Positions 20,477 to 29,395 of a stretch of DNA of 64,000 nucleotides are shown piece after piece. Below the pieces are notes generated by a model. It did no database searches. It saw nothing but the letters and a program-made list of their open reading frames with translations, and was not told the origin of the DNA. The DNA is from an uncultured Gammaproteobacteria bacterium (GTDB lineage Bacteria; Pseudomonadota; Gammaproteobacteria; UBA9214): contig CAVVHS010000004.1 in NCBI GenBank assembly GCA_963748215.1, positions 1 through 64,000 of the forward strand, in the 5' to 3' direction. Each line of letters starts with the position of its first letter. Positions within the stretch are counted from its first letter, which is position 1. Position numbers and translations under genes: made by a program.

Positions 20477-22591
20477 CTACGCGTCTACAGGCAACGCGTT
20501 CCGGTCATCCTGCGCCGCCGGAAGATACAGCGTGACAGTAGCGCCGTTGCCCGGCGAGCTGCTGACATTAATCTCACCTCCGAGTTCGCGGATGAACTCG
20601 CGGCTTTCGTACATGCCGATACCCATACCGGCGTTACCCTTGGTGGTGTCGAACGGTTTGAACAGGCGGTTACGGATGAAATCGTCATCCATCCCGTGGC
20701 CGTCATCCCGGATATCTACCACGCATACCGGGTCCTGCCTGCGCAGGCCGATCCGCACATACCCCTGTGCGGTAGTCGCCTGCTGGGCATTTTCGACCAG
20801 ATGTATCAGTACATTTTCAAGACGCTGCTGGTCGGCTGTCACCCGGCATACACCATCCGCCAGCTCAAGAACCGGGACAGGATCACTGCTGGAGCGCCGC
20901 GTGACTACGTCCTGCAACAGGGCCGGCAGTTCGATCAGCACATTTTTTCCGGACAGTGCCTTCTTGCTGCGCAACTGTTCAAGCAGGCGTTTGATATCCG
21001 TGGCAGCCGCTGACACCGAGTCAAACGCATCGCTCAGGAATTCCGGGTTATCCCTGTGCCGTACCGCATTCTTGGCGACCATTTCCAGGCCGGCGGCAAT
21101 ATTCTTCAGATCATGCACCATGTAGGAGGACAGGCGATTGAACACCTCGAACTGTTTCGCCTGTGCCAGCGCGTCTGATGTCATGATAACGGCCAGGTGG
21201 CCAGCCACCTGGCGCGCCGCCGTCTTCAGCAGGTCCCGGTCTTCCCAGTTCACATCCCTGGCTACCAGTGGTCTTGCCAGCACCACGAATCCCAGCAGGG
21301 ATTCCGTCCCGGGCAGCGGTACAATCAGCCAACCCTGCTCGATGTCAGCGAGCCATGCCGGCAGCTTCAAGCCGCTGTATTCATCCGGTCGTTCCGCCAG
21401 CTCCAGCAGATTGATCACGTAACCGTTGTCACCGAGAAATCGAACCAGACTGGAATCGGCAGGTTCCGTGGTGTCTATACGCCCCGCCCCCCAGCTTGCC
21501 ATGCAGGAATACACGCCGCGTTCGTCGCATAACCACAGCAATCCCGCCCGCGCATCCACGAGTTGCCCCAGCACCCGAATGGCCGTCTCGTAGCGGCCAG
21601 TTTCCCCGCCGGTCTCGCTCAGCGCACGGGTCAGCGACAGCCATTCCACGCGGTAGTCATATTTGTTCCGATAAAAGTGCTTGCCAAGAAATACCCGCAA
21701 CTGGCGCCGTATCTGCACGGAGAACAGCACCGCGATCAGAAAAATCGCTGCAAGCGTGAAAAAAGCAATCTTGGCGACACGCCCCCAGCTGCCGCCGTAT
21801 TCCTGCAGGTAATAGCCGGCCGCTGCCATCACCAGCAGGTACAGCCCGCTGCCGACGATGGCCGTGGTATGCAGCACGATATCGCGCGAGATGAATATAT
21901 TTGGCGACCAGTCCTTGTTGCGGGCGGCGGACAGGGCCAGCAGAGGCACCGTGAACAGGTTGATGAAGCCGCGCGCCTCCCAAAGTTCGCGGTCAAGTCC
22001 CTTGAACATCGCGGCGTTGGTATAAAGATAAAAATCGAATGCGAAAATCACCCCGGCCCCGATGAACAGGTACTTGAGCATATGCCGGTGATTTACCGCA
22101 AGATTGCGATACAGCTGTTCGATGATTGACAGCCCGATGACCGCCAGCAACACATGCCCCATGAATCCGAGTGCCGAGATATCATACGTATCGCTTAATC
22201 GCGGCACATACCGGACGACCATCTCGATCAAGATGACAATCAGGCCAAATCCCACCGCTACCGCACGCATATGACGCTGCAGAAAGGAATGCCCCACGAT
22301 TTGCCGGGCCGCCGGCTCGAACAACTTGAGCAGAAACAGGTACCAGAAGACATAGCGCATGACCTCGAACACCTGGTAAGCCACTGGCGGGTACCGGCCA
22401 TCGTGAACCACGGTCATTGCAAGCAGCGCCCAAAGCGCGGTACATAACACGACCGCCGTCAACAACTTGCCTTCAACGCTGCTGCGCCAGCTGAATAGCA
22501 ACAGCACGGCAAAAAAGCCGAAACCAAGTGCTGCACTGAGGTATCCGTAATAGCCGATCGTCATAGTCACGGGAGATGTTGCCTCCATCAC
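20477..22591 (-). CDS. prsK: PEP-CTERM system histidine kinase
   Basis: TM N-half, KHFYRNKYDYRVEW, GAF region, VHDLKN, DDGHGM, GMGIG. Confidence 0.92.
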   Translation of the reverse strand: MMEATSPVTMTIGYYGYLSAALGFGFFAVLLLFSWRSSVEGKLLTAVVLCTALWALLAMTVVHDGRYPPVAYQVFEVMRYVFWYLFLLKLFEPAARQIVGHSFLQRHMRAVAVGFGLIVILIEMVVRYVPRLSDTYDISALGFMGHVLLAVIGLSIIEQLYRNLAVNHRHMLKYLFIGAGVIFAFDFYLYTNAAMFKGLDRELWEARGFINLFTVPLLALSAARNKDWSPNIFISRDIVLHTTAIVGSGLYLLVMAAAGYYLQEYGGSWGRVAKIAFFTLAAIFLIAVLFSVQIRRQLRVFLGKHFYRNKYDYRVEWLSLTRALSETGGETGRYETAIRVLGQLVDARAGLLWLCDERGVYSCMASWGAGRIDTTEPADSSLVRFLGDNGYVINLLELAERPDEYSGLKLPAWLADIEQGWLIVPLPGTESLLGFVVLARPLVARDVNWEDRDLLKTAARQVAGHLAVIMTSDALAQAKQFEVFNRLSSYMVHDLKNIAAGLEMVAKNAVRHRDNPEFLSDAFDSVSAAATDIKRLLEQLRSKKALSGKNVLIELPALLQDVVTRRSSSDPVPVLELADGVCRVTADQQRLENVLIHLVENAQQATTAQGYVRIGLRRQDPVCVVDIRDDGHGMDDDFIRNRLFKPFDTTKGNAGMGIGMYESREFIRELGGEINVSSSPGNGATVTLYLPAAQDDRNALPVDA

Positions 22592-22707
22592 TCGGCCCCG
22601 ACCGGCCCTGGCAGGTCATCAACATGCGTGTCATTCATTAATGGGAGGCACCCTGTAGTCAGCCAATAAGATACTGAATTTGTTTAATTATCACTCGAAA
22701 TGGCGAG

Positions 22708-22724
22708 TGTCAAGATAATTTACA
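22708..22724 (+). promoter_or_regulatory. Putative PrsR enhancer (PEP-CTERM box)
   Basis: TGTCAAGATAATTTACA, TGT-N11-ACA. Confidence 0.65.
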
Positions 22725-22841
22725 TTCACTCGGCAGGCCGCTGCCATATTGTAACACCATGAAAGGAATGGTTTTTTATATGCCAATCTTGGCCGGGGTA
22801 ATTAATCACGTATAAATCAGTCGCTTAGAATGACCCCAAGC

Positions 22842-22858
22842 TGTCAACATTATTTACA
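22842..22858 (+). promoter_or_regulatory. Putative PrsR enhancer (PEP-CTERM box)
   Basis: TGTCAACATTATTTACA, ~120 bp upstream of the sigma-54 site. Confidence 0.7.
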
Positions 22859-22978
22859 CAAGCAACTGATGCCGCCCCCTGCCAGGCTTGCGGGCAAGCA
22901 CCCTTCCGTGCGTTACTGACATTATTTTCATATTATTTTCAATAGCATATGTACACACACCCGTATGCCCGCCCGATC

Positions 22979-22994
22979 TGGCATATTTCATGCT
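22979..22994 (+). promoter_or_regulatory. Sigma-54 promoter (-24/-12)
   Basis: TGGCATATTTCATGCT = GG-N10-GC, upstream of a PEP-CTERM gene. Confidence 0.7.
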
Positions 22995-23062
22995 TCTGTA
23001 ATGCACAGGAAGATTATTGATTGATGTCTTCCCACGCATGGAACGTCGGAAATGGAGGATTC

Positions 23063-23494
23063 ATGAATACTACTACACGCATACTCACTGTACTGGCGGC
23101 CTGCTTGTTTGCCACCCAGGCACAGGCAATGCAAATCAAAGGCAAGAGTTACAACGCTGTCAAGTCGATCAAGAGCAGCAAACTGATACCCGGACTGACC
23201 AGTGTGGACCTTACCAAGTTTGTCCTTGGCAGCAAATCGTATGTCTCGCCCAAGGGGAACAAGCAGACCATTCCTGGCGGTTACCCCAAACTGGACAAGA
23301 ACAAAGTCAAAAAAGTCATAAATGACTGGGGCAACAAGGATTGGGGCAACAAGGATTGGGGCAAGAAGGATTGGGGTTGCAAGAAGAAGGATTGCCGCCC
23401 GCCGCCGGTTAACGTACCGGAACCGTCGATTCTCGCCCTGCTTGGCACCGGCCTGTTACTGATCGGCTTCAGTCAGCGCAGAAAACCACGCTAA
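23063..23494 (+). CDS. Small Lys-rich PEP-CTERM surface protein with DWGxK repeats
   Basis: GGAGG RBS, signal peptide ending AQA, VPEPSILALLGTGLLLIGFSQRRKPR. Confidence 0.88.
   Translation: MNTTTRILTVLAACLFATQAQAMQIKGKSYNAVKSIKSSKLIPGLTSVDLTKFVLGSKSYVSPKGNKQTIPGGYPKLDKNKVKKVINDWGNKDWGNKDWGKKDWGCKKKDCRPPPVNVPEPSILALLGTGLLLIGFSQRRKPR
23324..23383 (+). repeat. Four 15-bp coding tandem repeats (DWGNK, DWGNK, DWGKK, DWGCK)
   Basis: GAYTGGGG..AAG units read directly. Confidence 0.85.
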
Positions 23495-23540
23495 GCTGCT
23501 GCCGGGCACCCGTGGCCCTTACAGATAGCACGATATAACA

Positions 23541-23565
23541 GACGGCGGTCGCAAGACCGCCGTTT
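23541..23565. terminator. Hairpin between convergent genes
   Basis: GACGGCGGTC-GCAA-GACCGCCGTTT. Confidence 0.75.
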
Positions 23566-23584
23566 GCGTTACTGCATACCATAG

Positions 23585-24946
23585 TCAGTGCTTCAACGCG
23601 GCCAGCAGCTTGTCGTGGATTCCGCCAAAGCCCCCGTTACTCATGACCAGGATGTGATCGCCCGGACGCGCGGCCGCGACCAGGGCCGCCACCATTTCGT
23701 CGATCGAGGACAGCACGGCCGCCGGCACCGGCAGCGTTCGCGCGATCGCGTCCAGCGACCAGCCGAGCTGCGTCGACTGGTACAGCCAGACCGCATCCGC
23801 CCCGTGCATGGCGGCACCGAGTGTGTCCCGATGCACGCCCATCTGCATGGTATTCGAGCGCGGCTCGAGCACCAGCAGGATGCGCTCGGCACCGACGCGC
23901 TTGCGCAAACCCTGCAACGTGGTCGCGATGGCGGTCGGGTGGTGCGCGAAATCATCGTAGACGGTCACCCCGGCCGACGTACCGCGTATTTCCAGGCGCC
24001 GCCGGACACCCTGGAATTCCGCCAGCGCCGCCACTGCCTGTGCCACCGGCACGCCGGCATGCCGGGCAGCCGCAATCGCGGCCAGTGCATTGTGCACGTT
24101 GTGCGCACCGAGCTGTGTCCAGTCCACCGTCCCCGCCACCTTCCCGTCGAGCAACACGTCGAAGCGGCTGCCGTCCGCAGACTGCAGCGCCGCGTGCCAG
24201 CGTGCAGCGCCGGTTACGGCCGTGACCTGCTCCACCGGCGTCCAGCAGCCACGTGCCAGCACACGCGCGAGATTGGCATCGCCGGCGTTGCTGACGATCA
24301 GGCCGTTGCCAGGCACGGTCCGCACCAGGTGATGGAACTGGGTTTCGATGGCCGCCAGGTCCGGGAAAATGTCCGCATGGTCGTATTCGAGGTTGTTCAG
24401 CACCAGCGTGCGCGGCCGGTAATGCACGAACTTGGATCGCTTGTCGAAGAACGCGGTGTCGTATTCATCCGCCTCGACCACGAAAAAGGGCGCATGGCCG
24501 GCGCGGGCGGAGATGCCGAAATTGCGCGGCACACCGCCGATCAGAAAGCCGGGCGCCAGGCCGGCATGCTCCAGTATCCACGCCAGCATGCTGGCGGTCG
24601 TGGTCTTGCCATGGGTGCCGGCCACGGCCAGCACCCAGCGTCCCTGCAGGATGTGTTCCGCCAGCCACTGCGGGCCCGAGCTGTATGCGATGCCCTCGTT
24701 CAGGACGTGTTCAACCGCCGGATTGCCGCGCGACAGCGCATTGCCGATCACCACGCAATCCGGTGCCGGCGTGAGGTGCGCCGGATCGTAGCCCTCGTCA
24801 AGTCCGATACCCTGGGCTGCCAGTTGCGTGCTCATCGGGGGATACACATTGGCGTCCGAACCACTGACTGTCACACCCTGCTCGCGCGCAAGCAGCGCGA
24901 TCCCGCCCATGAAGGTCCCGCAAATGCCAAGAATATGTATATGCAT
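23585..24946 (-). CDS. mpl: Murein peptide ligase
   Basis: MHIHILGICGTFMGG, GTHGKTTT, EADEYDTAFFDKRSKF, DDFAHHP, EPRSNTM. Confidence 0.96.
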   Translation of the reverse strand: MHIHILGICGTFMGGIALLAREQGVTVSGSDANVYPPMSTQLAAQGIGLDEGYDPAHLTPAPDCVVIGNALSRGNPAVEHVLNEGIAYSSGPQWLAEHILQGRWVLAVAGTHGKTTTASMLAWILEHAGLAPGFLIGGVPRNFGISARAGHAPFFVVEADEYDTAFFDKRSKFVHYRPRTLVLNNLEYDHADIFPDLAAIETQFHHLVRTVPGNGLIVSNAGDANLARVLARGCWTPVEQVTAVTGAARWHAALQSADGSRFDVLLDGKVAGTVDWTQLGAHNVHNALAAIAAARHAGVPVAQAVAALAEFQGVRRRLEIRGTSAGVTVYDDFAHHPTAIATTLQGLRKRVGAERILLVLEPRSNTMQMGVHRDTLGAAMHGADAVWLYQSTQLGWSLDAIARTLPVPAAVLSSIDEMVAALVAAARPGDHILVMSNGGFGGIHDKLLAALKH

Positions 24947-25003
24947 AGTCAGTTCTTATCGTATGGCCGGAGTTAGAGGGTTTAAGGAACCGCTGATTCA
25001 ACC

Positions 25004-25125
25004 GTCATTCCGGGCGAACCCCGGACTTGATCCGGGGAGAGACCCGGAATCCAGGCGTTACAATTCAGACCGTTACTGGATTCCTGCCTCTGCCTTCGCA
25101 GGGGCAGGCTTCGCGCCGCAATAAC
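25004..25125. repeat. GTCATTCC...GGAATCC-type palindromic intergenic element with nested hairpins
   Basis: GTCATTCCGGG...CCCGGAATCCAG / CTGGATTCC; internal CCCCGGA-CTTGA-TCCGGGG; related half at 37698-37723. Confidence 0.7.
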
Positions 25126-25338
25126 GAGCATTGAATTAATCAGAGCCTCCTTAACTGTCAGCAGCGATATTAGCCCCGTAAGCAGGTAGCAGGGGCATGA
25201 TAGGGTCCAACTGTGACAAATTCCATCCAGAAAGCAGCAGTACAAGCAGACCGGAAGAGGGATTTCCAATACAGGCCGGCATACCGGTCAGCATGCCCAT
25301 ACTACCGGTTAACAGGCAGTGTGTAGCAACACAGCAAT

Positions 25339-25365
25339 AAAAAAGCCCCCGCTCAGGCAGGGGCT
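25339..25365 (-). terminator. Intrinsic terminator
   Basis: Minus strand AGCCCCTGC-CTGA-GCGGGGGCTTTTTT. Confidence 0.8.
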
Positions 25366-25395
25366 CGAGGAGTTGCTATGCGCTTGTATTCAGAT

Positions 25396-25980
25396 TCAGG
25401 CGGCTGACCTTCTACGCGCTACGCCCACCAGTCCCAGCAGTCCGGAACCGAACAACCAGACAGCGGGGGGCACCGGTACCACGGCGCCGACCTTTGCGAT
25501 ACCGCCCGAGGCGCTGAAATCCTGACCCAACAGGGACAGGCCGTCACCGAATCCCGTGAGGCCGCCAAAAGCGCCCTCGACGCGGCCACCGGTCAGGCTG
25601 CCCGCCAGACTGCCTCCGGTATAGGTGAGGTCGGCATTCCAGAAAGCGGTCTGCAATAAAGCGCTGTATGTGATGGTCAGGTTTGCGAAATCCGCCTGCA
25701 GGGCGCTGCCCCCGGCAACCTGCAGGCTGCCAGCTCCGGAACCATTTGATATGAGGGTGAAGGACAGATCCGGTATCAGATCGACCAGGACAGTCGTCGG
25801 ATCTGACAGGGTAAATGGTGCCAGGCCAGTCATACTCACCCCGGAAGCAGTGCCGGTGACACTCACAGGATTCAGCTCGAGTGCCGGAAATGTCGTGATG
25901 GCAGAGACTCCCGCCGACCCAAACAGCATGAGTGCCGCCGATAGCAGGGTAAGTAATTTATTGGATTGTGTTTTTCGCAT
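25396..25980 (-). CDS. VPLPA-CTERM type sorted surface protein
   Basis: Signal peptide; VPVPPAVWLFGSGLLGLVGVARRR. Confidence 0.88.
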   Translation of the reverse strand: MRKTQSNKLLTLLSAALMLFGSAGVSAITTFPALELNPVSVTGTASGVSMTGLAPFTLSDPTTVLVDLIPDLSFTLISNGSGAGSLQVAGGSALQADFANLTITYSALLQTAFWNADLTYTGGSLAGSLTGGRVEGAFGGLTGFGDGLSLLGQDFSASGGIAKVGAVVPVPPAVWLFGSGLLGLVGVARRRSAA

Positions 25981-26049
25981 TGTCAGCTCCTTGATAGTGC
26001 GTGTTCGCGATTATTGTAGAAACTCGGGATATAAGCTTTGCTTGACTGA

Positions 26050-26682
26050 TCAGTCGATCCTGACGCAGGTCTCGCGTCGGTACCAACCGGAGATCCCAAA
26101 CAAACCAAGCCCGACTATCAGTAGCGAAATGATTCCTGGCTCAGGCACAGACGCCCTTGAAGTCACGTTGCCATTAACGTCGCCGGTGAAGTCGCCGCTG
26201 AAGATGTCAGCGCCGAATGGCGTGGATAGATTGAGCGTCATCGCAAACAAATCGGAAGGATCTGAAAAATAGGACAACAGGCTGCCGCCGGTCGGTGTCA
26301 AGAGCAGCGAGAGGGCACCCTGGTCGCTGCCATCAAGTCCGCCCATCTGGGCAAGACTGAATCCACCCGTCAGCAAACTGCCGCTGCTGTCACCGATATT
26401 GATTGAACCGGGACCAAAGGCACCCACGGTGACACCGTTTGCACTGGAGGGTGATATGAGTGTCGTACTCAGACTCAGCCAGCTGCTGGCACAATCAGGC
26501 ATCTTGATGATTGACTGGCTGCCAAGCAGCTGGCCGTCTAGCGACAACAGCCCGGTTGAGGCAGTGTAACTGACATGACCACCAAACGTCAGCGTCGGAA
26601 TTGCGTTGGCAGTTGATGCCAGCCCCAGCAGCATGATGCCGGCCATCATTCGAGCGAACCTTGAAATGTACATATCAATCAT
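26050..26682 (-). CDS. PEP-CTERM surface protein (Ser/Gly/Thr-rich)
   Basis: Signal peptide ending ANA; VPEPG + TM + RR. Confidence 0.88.
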   Translation of the reverse strand: MIDMYISRFARMMAGIMLLGLASTANAIPTLTFGGHVSYTASTGLLSLDGQLLGSQSIIKMPDCASSWLSLSTTLISPSSANGVTVGAFGPGSINIGDSSGSLLTGGFSLAQMGGLDGSDQGALSLLLTPTGGSLLSYFSDPSDLFAMTLNLSTPFGADIFSGDFTGDVNGNVTSRASVPEPGIISLLIVGLGLFGISGWYRRETCVRID

Positions 26683-26750
26683 CCTCTTTGATCGAACCAG
26701 TCAGCGGGAGTGATATACAGCCCGCCGATTGAAGCTCAGTAGTCAAACTA

Positions 26751-26769
26751 TTGGCATATTCCGTGCCAA
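26751..26769 (-). promoter_or_regulatory. Sigma-54 promoter (-24/-12)
   Basis: Minus strand TTGGCACGGAATATGC = GG-N10-GC. Confidence 0.7.
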
Positions 26770-26969
26770 CCGTATTTTTTCATAACAAATACAATCTACT
26801 AGGGTGTAATTTAGAGGAACACATGAAAAAACAGCGAACACTTGTGTAAATAAATAATTACACTCTATGGTGCCTTGGCACCCTGAATACCGTCGTGTTT
26901 TTATAATAACTAACTGAATTATATGTTTTATATGGTAAATGCCTGTGATGGCGGCGCGATTACAATCAC

Positions 26970-26986
26970 TGTAAATAATTGTGACA
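26970..26986 (-). promoter_or_regulatory. Putative PrsR enhancer (PEP-CTERM box)
   Basis: Minus strand TGTCACAATTATTTACA; an N12 variant lies at 26845-26862. Confidence 0.65.
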
Positions 26987-27101
26987 CTGGTTACGTCAAT
27001 CCGGACACGGTCAATAACTTGATCCAGTCCTGTCTGGCGGGACGTCGGGCGTTGAAAAATGCAGTAGTCAGTGTGGCTGAACGGCTGGCCCAGCCGGGAG
27101 A

Positions 27102-27599
27102 TTAGGCAGGAAACAAGCGCCCGATAATCTGCAGGGTGAGCATGAAATACAACAGGGAAACCCCGATGCCGATTGCCAGCGAGCTCGACAGTGCATGGCG
27201 CAGGATATGGGCACTGACCAGCAGATTCCACACCAGCAACAACAACCATCCCGTTGACAGCATCGGCGCTGCAGCGTCGGAAGCTGCGATCATGACCAGC
27301 AACAATGCCGGCAATCCCAGCAGGCTGCCGCTGCCGGTCAGGGCCGCGAGGGTCTGGCCGATTCGCGCCGGCCGGTTGAACAGGTACAGCAGGCCGGCCG
27401 TGAACATTACCAGCAGTGCCAGTTCCAGCAGCGCCACCCGGATGCCGTCATGCAAACCGCTGGACAGGCTCGCCAGCAGCATCGACACCAGCGCATAGCA
27501 ACCCAGCGACACGACCAGTACCGGTCGGGGTGCGGGGATATCCTGGGGAGCGGCCCTGAGCAGACAGAGCCCGAACCAGAAACGGATCAGCTGCTCCAT
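27102..27599 (-). CDS. Hypothetical membrane protein
   Basis: About 5 hydrophobic helices; PQDIP, HILRHAL. Confidence 0.7.
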   Translation of the reverse strand: MEQLIRFWFGLCLLRAAPQDIPAPRPVLVVSLGCYALVSMLLASLSSGLHDGIRVALLELALLVMFTAGLLYLFNRPARIGQTLAALTGSGSLLGLPALLLVMIAASDAAAPMLSTGWLLLLVWNLLVSAHILRHALSSSLAIGIGVSLLYFMLTLQIIGRLFPA

Positions 27600-27646
27600 C
27601 CGCTAACTCGCAATGCGACGACAGACAGCAGCAGACCGTATCGTGA

Positions 27647-28765
27647 CTAGCGCTTCCTGCCGGCAGATTTCTTCTTCGCAACCGCCTTTTTGCGCGCCGG
27701 CTTCTTTGCCGCCACTTTCTTTTTGATGGCCGGTTTCTTTTTCACAACCGGTTTCTTTTTGGCGGCCGGTCGGCTGGCAGCGGACTTTCTGGCGGGTTTT
27801 TTGGCCGCGACCTTCTTTTTGGCGGCGGCCTTCTTCTTTGCCGCAACCGGCTTTGCACGGGCGACGGCCTTCTTCTTCGCCGCGGCCGGCCTTGCGACGG
27901 CGGCAGCCTTTTTCTTCGCACTAACCGGCTTTGCGCCTGCGGCAGTCTTTTTCTTCGCCACGGCCTTCCCGGGTGCCGCCTGTTTCTTCGTCGCGGCCGG
28001 TTTGGCGGCCTTTTTCTTCGCCGTGCCGGTTGCGGCAGTCTTCTTGCCTGTCGCCTTGTGTTTCGCGATGGCGGCACGAATGGCGTCATTGCGGCGTGTT
28101 TCGGTCTTGGTGCTTGCCTTGATCTTGTCCACGATGCGCACGATGGCCTTGAACACGTCGGCAACTGCGCCGACACCCTGCACGGTGCGCAGCTTCTCCT
28201 GCGCCTTGTAATAATCCACGACCGGCAGTGTCTGGGCTTCATAGACGCGCAGGCGGTTGCCGATGGTTTCCTCGTTGTCGTCACCGCGGTGGCGCAGCTT
28301 GCCGCCACAGGCGTCACAGCGGCCATCCATGTGCGGCGGTGCGTAGAAGACGTTATACATCTGGCCGCAGGACAGGCAGGTACGCCGGCCGACCAGTCGC
28401 TGGATCAGGGCATCGACATCGACGGACACCAGCAAGGCCAGGTGCAGCGGGCGACCCAGCCCGGTCAGCAACTGGTCGAGCGCCTCGGCCTGCTGCAGGT
28501 TGCGCGGGAAACCGTCGAGGATGAAGCCGTTACGGGTATCCGGACGGGTAATGCGCTCGTGAATAATGCCCAGCACGATGTCGTCGCTGACCAGCTGGCC
28601 GGCATCCATCGCGACCTTGGCCTGGCGTCCGAGCGCCGAGCCGGCCGCCACCGCCTCACGCAGCATGTCACCGGTCGATATCTGCGGCAGCTGGTATTTA
28701 TCCTCGAGAAGTTTCGCCTGTGTTCCCTTGCCCGAGCCGGGCGCGCCCAGCAATACAATCCTCAT
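27647..28765 (-). CDS. adk: Adenylate kinase (Zn-binding long LID) with a Lys/Ala-rich C-terminal tail
   Basis: GAPGSGKGTQ, STGDMLR, LDGFPR, CxxC..CxxC lid; ~150-aa AKKK-rich tail. Confidence 0.93.
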   Translation of the reverse strand: MRIVLLGAPGSGKGTQAKLLEDKYQLPQISTGDMLREAVAAGSALGRQAKVAMDAGQLVSDDIVLGIIHERITRPDTRNGFILDGFPRNLQQAEALDQLLTGLGRPLHLALLVSVDVDALIQRLVGRRTCLSCGQMYNVFYAPPHMDGRCDACGGKLRHRGDDNEETIGNRLRVYEAQTLPVVDYYKAQEKLRTVQGVGAVADVFKAIVRIVDKIKASTKTETRRNDAIRAAIAKHKATGKKTAATGTAKKKAAKPAATKKQAAPGKAVAKKKTAAGAKPVSAKKKAAAVARPAAAKKKAVARAKPVAAKKKAAAKKKVAAKKPARKSAASRPAAKKKPVVKKKPAIKKKVAAKKPARKKAVAKKKSAGRKR

Positions 28766-28995
28766 AATGCGTTGATATCCCCTAGCACGTTGATTTTATT
28801 AACTTCCTGTTCTGGCGAAGAATTTTGAATACAGATATACATAATTTTGCGTAGCCGCCCCGCAGGGCAGCGTTTAAGCTACCCCCTGCACGTGGTAGAA
28901 GTCAACGAAGCTCATGAAATAAATCAGGTTTTGAGCTAGAATTCATGCCCTTTGACAGCCTGTCCATAGTGACCCACAACCCGGCACCTTCAGCT

Positions 28996-29343
28996 ATGAG
29001 CGCAATCGAAGATTTCACGGACAGCGAATTGTGGATTATCCGCACCACACTCGAGGAACGTTACGGCGTAAAAATCGAACCCCAGCTGGCTGACACCGAG
29101 TTGCGTCTGAATCCCTATGCTACGGAACTGACCGTCTGCCCGGCGGCTTACTGGGAGCATGACGGTTGTCACTTCATTCTCGTCAAGACCGGCGAACCGC
29201 GCTACCGCAGCCAGTTTTACTACCGTGTGCATGAAATGTACGGCACCGGTATCGAGGAGTTCGATGACCTGTCGGAATGTGTGGTGACGCTGCTGCAGGT
29301 ACAGGCGGATTACGTGGCCAGCGGTCGCGACACCAGCCGCTGA
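28996..29343 (+). CDS. Hypothetical protein
   Basis: Protein-like ORF from ATG 28996, ahead of pfp. Confidence 0.7.
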   Translation: MSAIEDFTDSELWIIRTTLEERYGVKIEPQLADTELRLNPYATELTVCPAAYWEHDGCHFILVKTGEPRYRSQFYYRVHEMYGTGIEEFDDLSECVVTLLQVQADYVASGRDTSR

Positions 29344-29395
29344 ATTCAGTACCGATTACCGAATAATTTAACTACTCGCAAGGGAGAGTTGGGAA

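Noticed and set aside
23588-24976. Long antisense ORFs (also 29372-30760, 31074-32312, 38641-39855, 60109-62127)
   Set aside because: Shadows of well-supported genes on the opposite strand, expected at high GC
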